Shown here in pieces: positions 37,263 to 50,605 of a DNA stretch of 64,000 nt. The stretch's first letter is position 1. Every line of letters begins with the position of its first letter. Source of the DNA: Mobula hypostoma (taxonomy: Eukaryota); the NCBI RefSeq assembly GCF_963921235.1, contig NC_086121.1, positions 41,478,001 to 41,542,000 of the forward strand, written 5' to 3'. Under the pieces are notes generated by a model. That model saw only the letters and a program-made list of their open reading frames with translations. It did not search any database and was not told where the DNA came from. The translations under genes and the position numbers were made by a program.

Positions 37263-37574
37263 TAATTATAGGCATCTGTTAGTCTCGTGAGACCATGGAT
37301 TTGCGGCTTGGAAGATTTCCAGGGCGCAGGCCTGGGCAAGGTTGTATGGAAGACTGGCAGTTGCCCATGCTGTAAGTCTCCCCTCTCCATGCCACCAATG
37401 TTGTCCAAGGGAAGGGCACTAGGGCCGTTACAGCTTGGCACCGGTGTTGTTGCAGAGCAATGTGTGGTTAAGTGCCTTGCTCAAGGACACAACACGTTGC
37501 CTCAGCTGAGGCTCGAACTAGCGACCTTCAGATCACTAGACGACCGCCTTAACCACTTGGCCACGTGCCAGCAC
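37263..37574 (-). mobile_element. CORE-type SINE, full length with TSD
   Basis: Reverse complement of 18143-18456; perfect 11-bp TSD cttcttggtca (37252-37262 / 37575-37585). Confidence 0.92.
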
Positions 37575-38111
37575 CTTCTTGGTCAATGCTCTTGCTTTAC
37601 ATTGAAACAATCACTTTAGGAACACAGAACTGAAATTAGTAACTGCACTGGAGGATTGGGTTAATATGAGTTTTCCGCTGCTGTATTTAGCTCCAGCATG
37701 ATGCTTTTCTTCTAGGAAACTGAAGATAAGCAGGTGATTTCATGAGATTTAGTTGATTGTTAAATGAATTGTTTGTTTTACAAATTACTATGAATGAATT
37801 CTGGCAATATCCTCTCATCCTCCTTTTCTCTGCTGAATATTTGCATAATTACAAATTACAAAAAGTACAGACTTCGCATCTTGAACTCACAGCTCATTGA
37901 TAAAGTTCTTTTACAGGTTTTAAAGTCTGCAAATATTTTCTTTCACTTTGCAACTTGCACAATTAAGCAAAGAGTGCAGGATATTAGATGTATGGAATAC
38001 AAGGTTATAATGAAGGGAATTTGGTTGTAGCCAAGGAGAGTTCTCATGTATTTCTGGAATTGATTCTCATGAATTCCTATCTTGTTTAGAATTGTTTTAG
38101 AAAAAAACTAA

Positions 38112-38530
38112 AAGGTTATTGATTTATTATTGTCACATGTACCGTGATACAGTGAAACATTTCTCTTGCATACTGTTCATGTAGATTAAATCATTCCACA
38201 GTAATCAAGGCAGAACAAGGTAAAATAATAACAAGGCAGAAAAAAAGTGCAATTCTACAGAGAAAGTGCATACAGATAAACAATAAAGTTCATGATCATA
38301 ATAAGGTAGACTGTGAGGCCAAATATCTATCTTATTGCACAAAGTCCATTCAAAAGTCTGATAATAGTGGGATAGAAGCTGTCCTTGAGCCTATGGGCAA
38401 GTGTTATCAGGCAGAGTATCTTCTGTCGAACGGGAAGGGGAGAAGAGATAATGCCAGAGTGGGTAGGGCCTCTGATGATGCTGGCTGCTTTTCTGAGGCA
38501 GTGAGAAGTATGGAGAGAGGAAAAGGTGAT
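38112..38530 (-). mobile_element. Rex1/Babar-like LINE 3' end
   Basis: ORF 38327-38566: HCLRKAASIIRGPTH...RLKDSFYPTIIRLLNG. Confidence 0.8.
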
Positions 38531-38634
38531 CCTGTCAGAATAGGTCACCTGGTGGCTTAGTTCCAAAGGTTAATGTAACCTATGTGTAAGATTACTTTTA
38601 AGACCCAAGTATAACATGTGATACAGAGACCACA

Positions 38635-41600
38635 GGAGCATAGATAGAAAAGACAGGACTGGGTCATTTTGACCTCTGGGTCTACCCTGGCATTTAGTAT
38701 GGCCATGCTTGATCTTCCACCTCACATTTCTGCTCTGATACCATATTCTTTAATGTTCTAGAGTCCACACATCTACTTATTCCCTTCTTAAATACGTTCA
38801 CTGATTTAGCCTCCACAGATAAATGAGATTGAGAATTCCAAAGTTTCCCTTCACTTCTGTATGTTTCAGTTAGACCCCAATTCTAAACTCCAGTGACTAT
38901 AGACTCAGTCGATTCAACACCTGCTCATACAATAGCCTTGCCATCCCAGGCATCAGTCTAGTGAAGCTTTCTTTCACTCCATCATGGCAATTGTATCTAT
39001 TCTTAGATATGGAGAACTATACTGCACACTGTACTTGAGAGTTGTCTCACTAAAACCCTGCACAGTTGCAATAAGATATCCTTGCTCTTCTACTCAAGGT
39101 CTTTTGGGTGGGTGGCACTGTGATGCCACTATTCAGTTGTGACCTCTGCTGCTGTCTATGTGGGGTTTGCATGCCCTCTTGCGTGAGTTTCCCCTTGGTG
39201 CTCCAATTTCCCTCTACAGATCAAAGACATCTGAGCTGGTCGCCACTGTAACTTGCCTCTGGAAAGTCGAATTGATGGGATATGGGGAGAATAAAATGGG
39301 TTTAGTGTAGGATGAGTGTCAGTGGTTACAATGATGAAAACAGACCTGGTAGGTCGAAAGGTTTGTTGCCATGCTGTATGTTCCTTTGATTATCACCGAT
39401 TTGTTTCCTTAACGGCTTGCTTGTTTCACCTGCATTTACCTTCAGTGGCTGGTCACTCTGATCTCTTGTACATCAGCACTTCACCTTTTAGCTAATACTC
39501 TGCCTTTGTTCTTGTCCTAACAAAGTGAACAACTTCAGATTTATTCAGACTATACTGTACCTGGCATGTGTTTACCCTCTCACTTAACTTAATTAAATCA
39601 TCTAGAAGCCTCAGCACGTCCTGCAAACAATGCACGGTTCAATCTAGTTTTGTGCTTTGGCAAAGTTAGAAATATTACTTGCAATTTCCTGAGCCAAATC
39701 ACTGATAAATATGATGCATAACTGGAGACCAAGCACAAATCCCTGTGACACCACAGCAATCACCACTTCAAACAAAGCCCATTTACCCCAACTTTATGTT
39801 TTCTGCTTATCAACCAGTCTATGTCAATATATTATCCCCAATACCATGTGCTTTAATTTTGAACACTTATGTGGGACTTCATCTACAGGCTTTTTAAAAA
39901 TCCTCAAAAGCTCATTATTGATTTCAGGAAGGGGAAGGAGGACGAACATGCACCAGTCTACATCAGGGAATTAGCAGTGGAGAGTAAGCATCCTTAAATT
40001 CCTGGAGGTTAACTTATCAGTTGTCTGGTCCTGGGCCCCATATATATATGCAATCACAAGGAAGGTCTACCAATGAATTTTACTTTCCTAGGACTTTAAG
40101 GAGATTGGCTTGTCACCAGATATTAACAAGCTTCTACAGAAGTAATGTTGAAAGAATCCTGATCAGTTCACAGTCATAGCAAAGACCAGGCCACAAGCTG
40201 CACTGTCGCCAATTTCCAGCTGCCCCGGACAGCCAGAAGCATCAAAGTAAGTGTGCTCCACCAGAGTGCCAGAGGTGGCGTGATGCACCATCCATGCTGG
40301 AATTGGTGCTGCCCCCAGTGTTCTCTCGGCAGAAGACAAGACATACTGTGCTCGACTGCAGACTGCTGTAGCATTCATGGACTCGGGGACTTGGACTATA
40401 TTTTACTGCAGTGTTATATACGCTTTGTGATGTCTATGACTGTTGGTTTGCACCTTGGCACTGGAGTAGTGCTTCTTCATTTGGCTGTATTCATGGGTAC
40501 TCATGTATGGTTGAATGACAATTAAACTTGAACTTGGTTACATCATGGTCAGCTACAGCAATTCAAATGTGCAGGAGTGTAAGAAGTTGCAGAGAGTAAT
40601 ATTCACTGCCCAATGCATCAAGGGTACATCTCTCCTCTCTGTTTGTAGAATCTATATGAAGTTCTGTCACAATAAGGCAACATCCATCTTCAAAAATCTC
40701 CAATGTCTGGACCAGGCCATCTCACAGCTGCCATTGGGTAAGATGTATGGAAGGCTGGTCCCACACAACCAGTTCAGAACAACTCTATCCCTTCAAACAT
40801 TAGGTTCTTGCAAACCTAATCACTACAGTATAACAATACTATGACTACATCGACCTGTTTGCACAAATGTGGACATTTTCTTGTTCAGTTTCTGTTTCTG
40901 ATAAATTGTGTTTAATTTAGTCTTTTCTTATGAATGCTGCTTATATGATGCCACAGTATACCGCTGTGATACTGTTAAATTTTTCATTGCATCAGTGCAT
41001 GCATACACTTGCATACATGACAATAAACTTGAATTTGACTTTGACATAAATCCATATTGACCTTATCTAGCTACCCTGTGAACACATCCTATACGATCAA
41101 CATTTTTCTTTCCACTAATGTTAGACCAATGGGTTATTAGCTCCTTGTTTTCTCTCTTCCTCCTTTGTTTTGAATAATGGGGTTACATTGGCTCTCTCCA
41201 TACCACAGGAAACATGCCATAATCAACTGAATTTTGTGAAATGATAATCAATACTTAAATTAGTTCCATGATTTTTACTTTTAGTACTCAGGGACATAGA
41301 TTATCAGACTCTGTGGGTTTATTGCCTTCAACTGTCATTAAATTTCCCAGCACTATTATTGTACAAAGACTAATTTCCTTTAATTCCTGTTTTTCATCAG
41401 AACTTCTGGTAAGGTATTTGTATCCTCTCCCATGAGGATAGAATTAAAGTATCTGTTTAATTGTTTTGCAATTCCTCTGTTCCCCATTATAATTTCTCTT
41501 GCTTCTAACTCTAGGGAGCCTACATTTGTCTTCACTAATCTTCCTTTTCAAGTAGTTTTACACTTCACTTTTATATTCCATGTAAGTTTACTAATTATTC
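38635..41600 (-). mobile_element. Old CR1 hosting a V-SINE (~39105-39395, +) and a Rex-like LINE (~39910-41045, +)
   Basis: Degraded CR1 tail and RT colinearity; Rex motifs ECKKLQRV, KATSIFK; V-domain ggtgctccaatttccc. Confidence 0.65.
40169..40534 (+). mobile_element. Non-coding retroposon with Rex-type tail inserted in the Rex LINE
   Basis: Interrupts the host frame; ends gtatggttgaatgacaattaaacttgaacttg. Confidence 0.6.
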
Positions 41601-41614
41601 TTCTTCTGTTAAAA

Positions 41615-41693
41615 CAGGGCTCCCCACCTTTTTAATGCCATGGACCAATGCCATTAAGCAAGTGGTCTGTGGTTCCCAGAATAGGAACCCCTG
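41615..41693. mobile_element. hAT/Charlie-type MITE (~80 bp)
   Basis: TIRs cagggctcccc / ggaacccctg; same family as 42100-42179. Confidence 0.75.
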
Positions 41694-42099
41694 TTTTGAA
41701 GTCTTGGATCTTTTCTTTAATAAAAACCGAATATGTTGGAAATCCTCAGCAGGTCAGGTCACATCTTAGAGAAGAGAAACGTAGTTAACATTTCAGATTG
41801 GAGACCCTTTTTCTAAACTTCTCAAGGAGCTATAGTGACATTGATTACATCAGTGGAGAAAGAAACAAATGGTGAATATGAGACAGCATGGGCTCTGGAG
41901 AAGTTGCATTTTGACTGAAATACCAAACTGCTGACTGGATTGAAGCACAGATTGATTTTGATTCCTTAAAGGAGAATCAGATTGCAGCTCAAAGGCTCTG
42001 AGGATCCAAAAAGGATGTCAAACTGGGCATTGACTTTATGACTTGAGCCCAAAAAAGCACAGCAAGAGGTTGGCAAGAAGGATTAAAGACAGACTAGAT

Positions 42100-42179
42100 C
42101 AGGGGTTCCCAACCTATTGTATGTCACAAACCCCTATCATTAACTGAGAGGTTTGTGGACCCCACATTGGGAACCTTTG
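42100..42179. mobile_element. hAT/Charlie-type MITE (~80 bp)
   Basis: TIRs caggggttcccaa / ttgggaacctttg; flanks gactagat / ctctcgat resemble an NTCTAGAN target. Confidence 0.8.
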
Positions 42180-42186
42180 CTCTCGA

Positions 42187-43333
42187 TGAACTTAGTAAAG
42201 CATTTGACAAAGTTCCACACAGTAGGCTTATTCTGTAAGTCAGAAGGCATGGGATCCAGGGAGGTTTGGCCAGGTGGATTCGGAATTGGCTTGCCTGCAG
42301 AAGGTGGAGGGTCATGGAGGAGAAAGTACATTTGGATTGGAGGATTGTGACTAGTGGTGTCCCACAAGGATCGGTTCTGGGACCCCTACTTTTCGTGATT
42401 TTTATTAACGACCTGGATATGGGGGTAGAAGAGTGGGTTGGCAAGTTTGCAGACGACACAAAGGTTGGTGGTGTTGTAGATAGTGTAGAGGATTGTCAAA
42501 GATTGCAGAGGGACATTGATAGGATGCAGAAGTGGGCTGAGAAGTGGCAGATGGAGTTCAACCCGGAGAAGTGTGAGGTAGTATACTTTGGAAGGACAAA
42601 CTCCAAGGCAGAGTACAAAGTAAATGGCAGGATACTTGGTAGTGTGGAGGAACAGAGGGATCTGGGGGTACATGTCCACAGATCCCTGTAAGTTGCCTCA
42701 CAGGTAGATAGGGTAGTTAAGAAAGCTTATGGGGTGTTAGCTTTCATAAGACGAGGGATAGAGTTTAAGAGTCGCGAGGTAATGATGCAGCTCTATAAAA
42801 CTCTGGTTAGGCCACACTTGGAGTACTGTGTCCAGTTCTGGTTGCCTCACTATAGGAAGGATGTGGAAGCATTGGAAAAGGTACAGAGGAGATTTACCAG
42901 GATGTTGCCTGATTTAGAGAGTTTGGATTATGATCAGAGATTAAGGGAGCTAGGGCTTTACTCTTTGGAGAGAAGGAGGATGAGAGGAGACATGATAGAG
43001 GTATACAAGATATTAAGAGGAATAGATAGCGTGGATAGCCAGTACCTCTTCCCTAAGGCACCACTGCTCAATACAAGAGGACATGGCTTTAAGGTAAGGG
43101 GTGGGAAGTTCAAGGGGGATATTAGAGGAAGTTTTTTTATTCATAGAGTAGTTGGTATGTGGAATGCACTGCCTGAGTCAGTGGTGGAGGCAGATACACT
43201 AGTGAAATTTAAGAGACTACTAGACAGGTATATGGAGGAATTTAAGGTGGGTGATTATATGGGAGGCAGGGTTTAAGGGTCAGCACAACATTGTGGGCCA
43301 AAGGGCCTGTACTGTGCTGTACTATTCTATGTT
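42187..43333 (+). mobile_element. Young 5'-truncated CR1 LINE
   Basis: ORFs 42266-42691 and 42734-43276 are in one frame separated by a single TAA; SGVPQGSVLGP, KFADDTK, RPHLEYCVQFW; intact 3' UTR. Confidence 0.96.
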
Positions 43334-44269
43334 AACTTGTAAACTTCAACCACAACCAATTAATGAGACATTAAAGGAGGTAATTTTGCCACCTCAAAAG
43401 TGACATTAGGAAGGAGAAATGGTCTGGTTTCTGCACAGTCTGATGTCTACATTTTAGGAACAGTTTCTTCCCCTTTGCCTTTAGATTTCTGAATGGTCCA
43501 TGAACCTATGAACACTACCTCACTATTGCTCTCTTGCAAAATTTATTTATTTATTTATTTATTTATTTGTTTATTTATTATTGTAACTTATGGTATTTTT
43601 GTATCTTGTATTGCTGCCACAAAACAACAAATTTCATAACATACAGTATGTCAGTGATACTAAATCTGAGTCAGGATGCAAGGGTACATCAATGGAGAAT
43701 CTTAAGAGGAATCATGTCATATCTGTTTTACTTTCTACAGATCCTATCTTTTGCACTGACTGTTTCCAATAACTTCTGCTTCTGTCTGATGTTAGAACCT
43801 GTTGAAAACAGATCTGTATTATCCAGTAATGCACAAGCATTATGTGCAATTGTAATTGTTGCAGAAGATAATGAATTATTAGCCTTTGTGTTAAGCACAG
43901 GTGAAGAGTTAAGCCCATATACAGAATTTGACTTGAGAAAGACAGCGGTCAAAAATATGTAAGATGATGCATTCACAGTTATAAAGACAATTATCCTGAA
44001 GCTACAAATTGCAGAGCAAGACATAGGACCAAATGTGAGAAACCTATCCAGAGAAATTAACCCATCAGAGTTCCAGTGATTGATTATATAGAATATTTCA
44101 GATATGCCATGAAGAGCTCAGTAAGCAAAAGGAACAAGTGAAGGGTTGGAGATGCACTTCAATGAAATTTACTCTCTATATGGTGTGAAATTGGTTGTAT
44201 AATTTAATGTAGGTCTGTTTTACAAAAGGGCAAAATACTTCAAAATATTTCAAAGGTGTGACGATCATA

Positions 44270-45590
44270 CTAGTGCCAAGATGAGCGGGGTGAGCTGCCT
44301 CAGTGATTGTCACCCAGTGGCACTCACATATACTGTTATTATGTACATTGAGGGGTTGGTCATGGCTAGATTTAACTCCTGCCTAATCAAAGACCTGGAC
44401 CCATTGCAGTTTGCCTAACACCACAATCGGTCAACAGCAGATGCAATCTCTCCGGTTCTCCATTCAGCCTAGGGTCACCAGGACGAAAGCAATACATATG
44501 TCAGGCTGCTCTTTATTGACTACAGCTCAGCGTTCTACACAATTATACCCTCAACTCTAAACAACAAGTTCCAAAATGTGGGCTTCTGCAACAGGAGCTT
44601 TCATTTCCTTACCAGGAGAGCACAGTCTGTGCAGATCGAATATAACATCTTCTCCTCGCTGACAGTCAATACTGGTGCACCTCAGGGATGTCAGCTTATT
44701 CCTCTGCTCTACACCCACAATTGTAGGGCTGGTGCAGCTCAAGTGGCATCTATAAATTTGCCAGTGACACAACTATTGTTGGCAGAAATTCTGATGATGA
44801 TGAGGAGGCATACAGGAGTGAGATAGATCAGCTTTCTGGGTGGTGTCACAGCATTCAACGCCATTAAGACCAAGAAATTGATTGTGTACTTCAGGAAGGG
44901 TCAGTCAAGGGAACACACACCAGGAAAGGGTGAGCAGTTTTCAAGTTCCCAGGTGTCAATATCTCTAAGGATTTATCCTGGGCCCAACATTTGATGCAAT
45001 TACAATGAAGGCACAACAGTGGCTATATTTCATTAACCGTTTAAGGAGAATTGGAATGTCACCAAAGATATTCGCAAATTTCTACAGGTGTCCCATGGAG
45101 AGCATTCTAACTGGTTGCAGCACCATCTGGTATGGATGAGCTACTGCACCGAATCAGAAAAAGCTGCAGAACTTTGTAACCTCTGCCAGTTCCATTATGG
45201 ACACTAGCCTCCCAAACATCGAAGACAGCTTCAAACGTGAAGCCTCAAAAAGTGGATCCATGATTAAGAACCCCCATCACCCAGAACATGCCCCCTCTCA
45301 TTGCTACCATCAGGGAGGAGGTACAGGAGCCTGAGGGCGTGCACTCAACATATCAGCATGGGCATCCTCCCCTCCAACATCAGACTGCTGAACGGACAAT
45401 GAAGCCCTGAACACTACCTCCATATTTTTCCCCTCACTATTTGCACTACGTATTTCATTTAATTTTCTTTTTCATACATACTTCTTGTTGTAATTTATAG
45501 ATTTTATTATTATGTATTGCGATGAACTGCTGCCACAAAACAACAAATTTCATGACATAAGCCAGTGATACAATCTTAATTCTGATTTTG
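44270..45590 (+). mobile_element. Rex1/Babar-like LINE, RT to 3' UTR
   Basis: [29 protein letters not shown]; colinear with 1-1010. Confidence 0.88.
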
Positions 45591-46849
45591 TATGGATTTA
45601 TTACAAAGCATACATTTTACAGTACTTGGAAGAACTATGGGCACAATGTGAGGTGACCTTTGATATATTGTTTTATGATTATTTGAGAGATATTACCTTT
45701 AATGTAAAATATTCTATTAATAGCTCCAGCCCAACTATTTGCCTTGCAGGCAACCAGACTTAAATGCTCAGAGTCACCACAAAACTGCAGTGACTTTTGA
45801 AAAATATTATTCAAATTTGGCCTTTCCAAAAAATGAAGGTTCATCAACGTGTTTTGAAGCAAGCAAACTCCCTGTCCACCAAGATTGATATCTGCCTTTA
45901 CAAAACTATCAGTAACGTGCACACTGTAGCTGCTCATTCTTTTTACATTCACATTTGTGCATGCATTTGCATTCATGCGATCATGAGTTACACAACTGCC
46001 AAATTTTATAATGTTCATTTACTGAGTTTTAGAATCTTCACTTTGAATATGACTCAACCTTTTTATCCATCTTGATGATATGCATTAGGCACTGCATTCT
46101 TATGAACTTCATTCCCAGTAAAATAGCATACAGTATAATAAAATCAGAAAATGCTGGAAACACTGAGCAAGTCAGACATCATCTGTAGACAGAGAATCAG
46201 AGTTAACACTTCAGTGTGGAAACCCTTCGTCAGAACTAGGAAAGATAAAAAGTCAAGTTAGTTTTCATCAACAGAGAAAATTCGGAAAGATGAATAGAAC
46301 AAGAGAAATATCAGTGACCGAGTGATACCAAATATGATTATGTCCTTATCTGAGGCAAACTATGCCTCTTTGTCTGTGTTACTTCTTTTTAAAAAGAGGA
46401 AGAAGTGTAGGGTGTATAAGTTTTACTGTACTTTGAACAATTAGGGACAAAATGTGATATGATTCAAAGGTTCAAAAGTTCATTTTATTGTTAAAGTATG
46501 TATGTGGAATACAACTCTGGGATTTGTCTTCTCCAAATAGCCATAAAATACAGAAAACCATAGAAGTAGATGAAAGAAAGACATCAATTCCCCCTCGCCC
46601 TCTAGTTGTAATCACCCCCCACATGAAAAGAAGAAGATACAAAAATATGCATCCCCAAAACCCCTCATCCCCTCCCTCACACTAAAACTGACAGATCAGA
46701 GCATAAAACCCCAAACCCCCAGTCGCCAATCGGCAACAAGAATGGGCAAGAACATGAAATAAAATCATAGAACTGAAGGATGCCAACATGTGCTACAGTT
46801 CAATCCACAAATCTAAGAATTTTGATGACATGTCTAAGGGCATCAGGCA

Positions 46850-46933
46850 CAGCAGCCCCTCCGAGGGAAGTAACATGAATCAGCAGCTCCTCTGAGGGAA
46901 GGAACATGACCAGTGGCCTCTCTGAGGGAAGTG
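46850..46933. repeat. ~30-bp tandem repeat, 2.7 copies, at the end of an unclassified element (~46465-46935)
   Basis: cagcagcccctccgagggaagtaacatgaat / cagcagctcctctgagggaaggaacatgac / cagtggcctctctgagggaag. Confidence 0.85.
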
Positions 46934-48089
46934 TGATTGTTGGCACATTGTCATATGAGAAACTACCTTTATTGTTAACTATTATCTTCAATTAAAATAT
47001 ATCCTATTTAATAGCTTTGCCTCAGTTATTTGCCTTGTACATTCTGATTTGGTGGGCATTTCCCTAATAACAGAGCAGTGGGACATGTCCAACAGGCCAA
47101 ACTAGACCATCAGAAAAAGGACAGAAATGAGCCGAAATCACTTGCAAGTGACTAGCAGAACTGACTAGTTCTTGCACAGTTAGAAAGTAAGAGCAAGTTA
47201 TTTAAAGTTGTTCTTACACTTATTGAATCTATAAAGCTGCTACATATCCAGATGAAGGATGAAGTGTTTCTCTTGTAGCAATGGATTGGACCTGATATAC
47301 TGTATAAAAATGTGCTTGACAAGGACCCAGACCCAAATGGTTGTATGATTATGATTTGCCCAATGCTACGGCCTTCTGACACATTAAAAGGGGATTAAGA
47401 AACTCTCAACTCTTCATCCAGACTCAGCTCTTTCACTATACAAAGGGTAATTTTAAAGTTATGTTGACACAACTCCTTTGAGATTTGTGTTACAATGAGG
47501 CCACTGAGTTAATCCAATGATATATCTTATTCTAAGGAGTATAACAATAAATAAAATGTAACATGCTCACCGAAAAAAATGAATATGGATAACTTCTTTG
47601 TATAAATGTTGTGTTAATTAAATCTCAATGCACCTGCACCTGAACTGAACCTTTAGCAGTATCAAGTTTCCAGCAGCCAAAGCTTTGAAAGTCGCTGTCG
47701 CTTGTGAACTAATGTAAGGCCTCAAGTTCACCTTTGAGTTCAGTACAAGAAGAATGAAAAAAGATCCTATCCTCCAGCAGAAGATGGAAGCATTCTCACC
47801 TTTGATGTGAAAATCATCAGGAAATCCCCGGTGTAATCACAAGGAAGATTTTTTTATATGGAAAAGAACCTATTGCGCAGCTGTTTTCCGGCGCAGAAAC
47901 ATAATGATATTTGTTTACAGCCTCTAGGTTTGTATCAATGCAAATATTGAAATATGGCAAGGGCAGCAAAAATTGTTATCTATGGGATTCTCTGAGTAAT
48001 TCTACTCTTTCCTTTATTTTGTGACCCACCCTGTGATGCATGGGAAAAGTAAGAGGGCAAGACATGTTGCTGAGAATTTTTATCTAACT

Positions 48090-48349
48090 GTCATAGAGTT
48101 ATACAGAAACAGACCACTCAGCCCATCACATCCAGGCTGCTCTTTCTGCCAATCTACAATCGCTTTTGCCTTGTCTCTTAAAGATAGTGATTATTTCTGA
48201 TTCTGCCACCTCCTGTGTTGTTACATTTCAGATATCAGCCACCTCTTGTACAATCACTTCTTCTCAGATCCCCTTTACAAATCCTCCCTCTCACCTTAAA
48301 TCTATGCTCTCTTAACATCCTTACCATCGGAAAAATTTTCTGACTATCT
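48090..48349 (-). mobile_element. CR1 3' fragment, old
   Basis: tcatagagttatacagaaacagacc...cctctcaccttaaatctatgc. Confidence 0.7.
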
Positions 48350-48790
48350 GCTGCAATGGTATTGGTTTCGTTGAATGCAAAGTTCTAACTCAAACAAAGA
48401 ACTTAAGCCCTATCCAATACGGATAGCTACGAGTACCCTCACTAAAGGGAGGTTATACTGTAACTATCTACTCGTCAAAGCCTAGTTCATTTCCTTGTTT
48501 ATCCTCCACGACAAGTTTAGCTGTCATTACCCATTACTTGAGTAGCGGGCCCCCTCCCTCCCAAGGATGAGATACTTCCAGTTAACAGAGTAGTTTAAAC
48601 ACAGTTCTTTTATTTTTAATATTACACCTTTAAATCCAGGTAAAATTCTTAAAACAAGTTTAAAACTTATAGAGGATTTCTATCTTATAAAATTACCAAA
48701 TTAATTCCAAATTACAAATAAATTCTAAAACATAAAGAAATTCCAAACTACTGATACAATTCCTAAAAACTAAAAAGACATACCAACGAG
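48350..48790. other. Unclassified segment with dense hairpins and an A-rich tract
   Basis: Abrupt junction with CR1; five short stems within 48380-48475; strand-skewed 48600-48790. Confidence 0.45.
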
Positions 48791-49479
48791 CAGCAGATGA
48801 ACAAATCATCTGTTGCAGAAATCAAAGACAGAAGAATAGTTTCTAGTTCACCTCACGTTTCTGTCATTCTTCTTACCATTCTGAATAAGCCTGACTGTTC
48901 TCTACATTCACATTGTTTTTCTGCCACTTGGGTGACATAACATAAATATGATATTTCGTTCACATTTTTTTTACACAAATGGTCTACAAGCTTCTGAAGA
49001 CTATTTTCCCAGGTACCTACAATAATGTGAGGCTGAGCATTCAAATCGTCCAACTATTAACTATATGATGCACATTGATATTATCAATCAGGTCTGTAAG
49101 CTTCCTTAAACTAATTAATTTAACCACATTGTCTGGTTTGAAACAAAGCAATTAAATAACGCCATTATCTTACACTGCAGCTCTTGAGAAATCAGCCCAA
49201 ATGCAAAGGGTCAGCAGCTGCTCTATAGACCACGTGTGTTTGTTTGTAAAGCTGTCATTTTAACTTCAGACTGATTATTGCTTGCCATTTTCCTTAAGAG
49301 TTGAAGACTGGCTCCCGTTCACAACATGAGCTAAACAAAGAATATTAGTTGTACTGTTATCTTACTCAAAAGCTACCTTTTGAGCTCCAGAAGTTTCAGC
49401 TGCTTTGTTAGTAGGCTGAGATTAGCCAAAAACAAAAGACCCCCTGGCCCTGTACAGTGAATATCCATCACATTACTGT

Positions 49480-49720
49480 ATGTATTACAGTTTAGCACAT
49501 TCCGAAGTTTGGAGTTCAATTCCAGTGCCATTCTGTAAGACAATCTCTGTATGTCCTCTCCATTGTATGTGTGCATTTTCTCTGAGTGCTCTGGTTTCTT
49601 CCCACAGTCTAAAGACATACTGGATAGGTTAATTGGTCATTGTAAGTTGTCCCGTGATTAGGTTAGGCATGGCTTAAAGGGCCAAAAAAGCCTGCTCTGC
49701 CCTGTATCACTAAAATAAAA
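49480..49720 (+). mobile_element. V-SINE variant
   Basis: ggagttcaattcc...gtgctctggtttcttcccacagtctaaagac...ggttaattggtcattgtaa. Confidence 0.75.
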
Positions 49721-50605
49721 GATACCTATGACTGCAATAATGTTATAAATTGGGTACGTTTTGTGCTATATGTTATGATCCAAATGACAGATTTGGTAGT
49801 TTTGTGGCCTAAATTGCAGATGACATAAAGATAGATAGAAGAGCTGATGGTGTCAAAGAAGCAGGGAGTCTACTGAAGGACTTGAACAGGTTGGGAGAAT
49901 GGGCAAGAGTGATGCTTCTTTGCCCACGTGCTGACTGAATAGAGCGCAGGGAAGTTTATGGTCATGCACTTTGATTGAAAGAATAAAGGTGTAGAATATT
50001 TTCTAAAAGGAGAGAAAATTGAGAAATTGAAGCTGTAAAGGGACCTGAGAATACTGGTTCAGGATTCCCTAAAGATTAATTTTCAAGTTGAATCAGTAGC
50101 AAAGAAGGCAAATGCAGTGTCAGTGTTCATTTTGAGAGGTCTAAAATATAAAACCAAGGATATAATGCTGAAACTTAATAAGGCATTGGTCAGACAATAG
50201 TTGGAGTATTGTGACAGGTTTTGGGCTCCATATCTATGGAAGGATTTACTGCCCTAGGTTTACAAGTATGATCCAGAGATGAAAGGATTAATGTATGAGG
50301 AACGTTCGGTGGCTTTGTGCTTGTACTTGCTGGCGTTCAGCAGAATGAGGAAGATCTTGTTGAAACCTACCAAATATTGAAAGACATGGATAGTCTTGTC
50401 GTGGAGACGATGTTTCCAATAGCAGGAAAGTGTAGGATCAGAGGCCACAGCCTCACTCTAAAAGGTTGTCCCTTTAAAACAGGAACGAGGATGAGTTTCT
50501 TTAGCCAGAGCTTGGTGAGTCTGTGTAATTCGTTGTCACAGACAAAGTCAAATCTTTGGGTATATTTAAAGCAGAGATTAATAAGTTTTTGATCAGTTAG
50601 AGTAC

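Noticed and set aside
46850-46933. ~30-bp partly palindromic repeats, superficially CRISPR-like
   Set aside because: Head-to-tail tandem copies with no unique spacers, no cas genes, and a vertebrate context.
48435-48450. 16-nt match to the T3 phage promoter (ACCCTCACTAAAGGGA)
   Set aside because: The upstream AATTA is missing, no polylinker or vector sequence is adjacent, and the match is part of a local hairpin; most likely coincidence rather than contamination.
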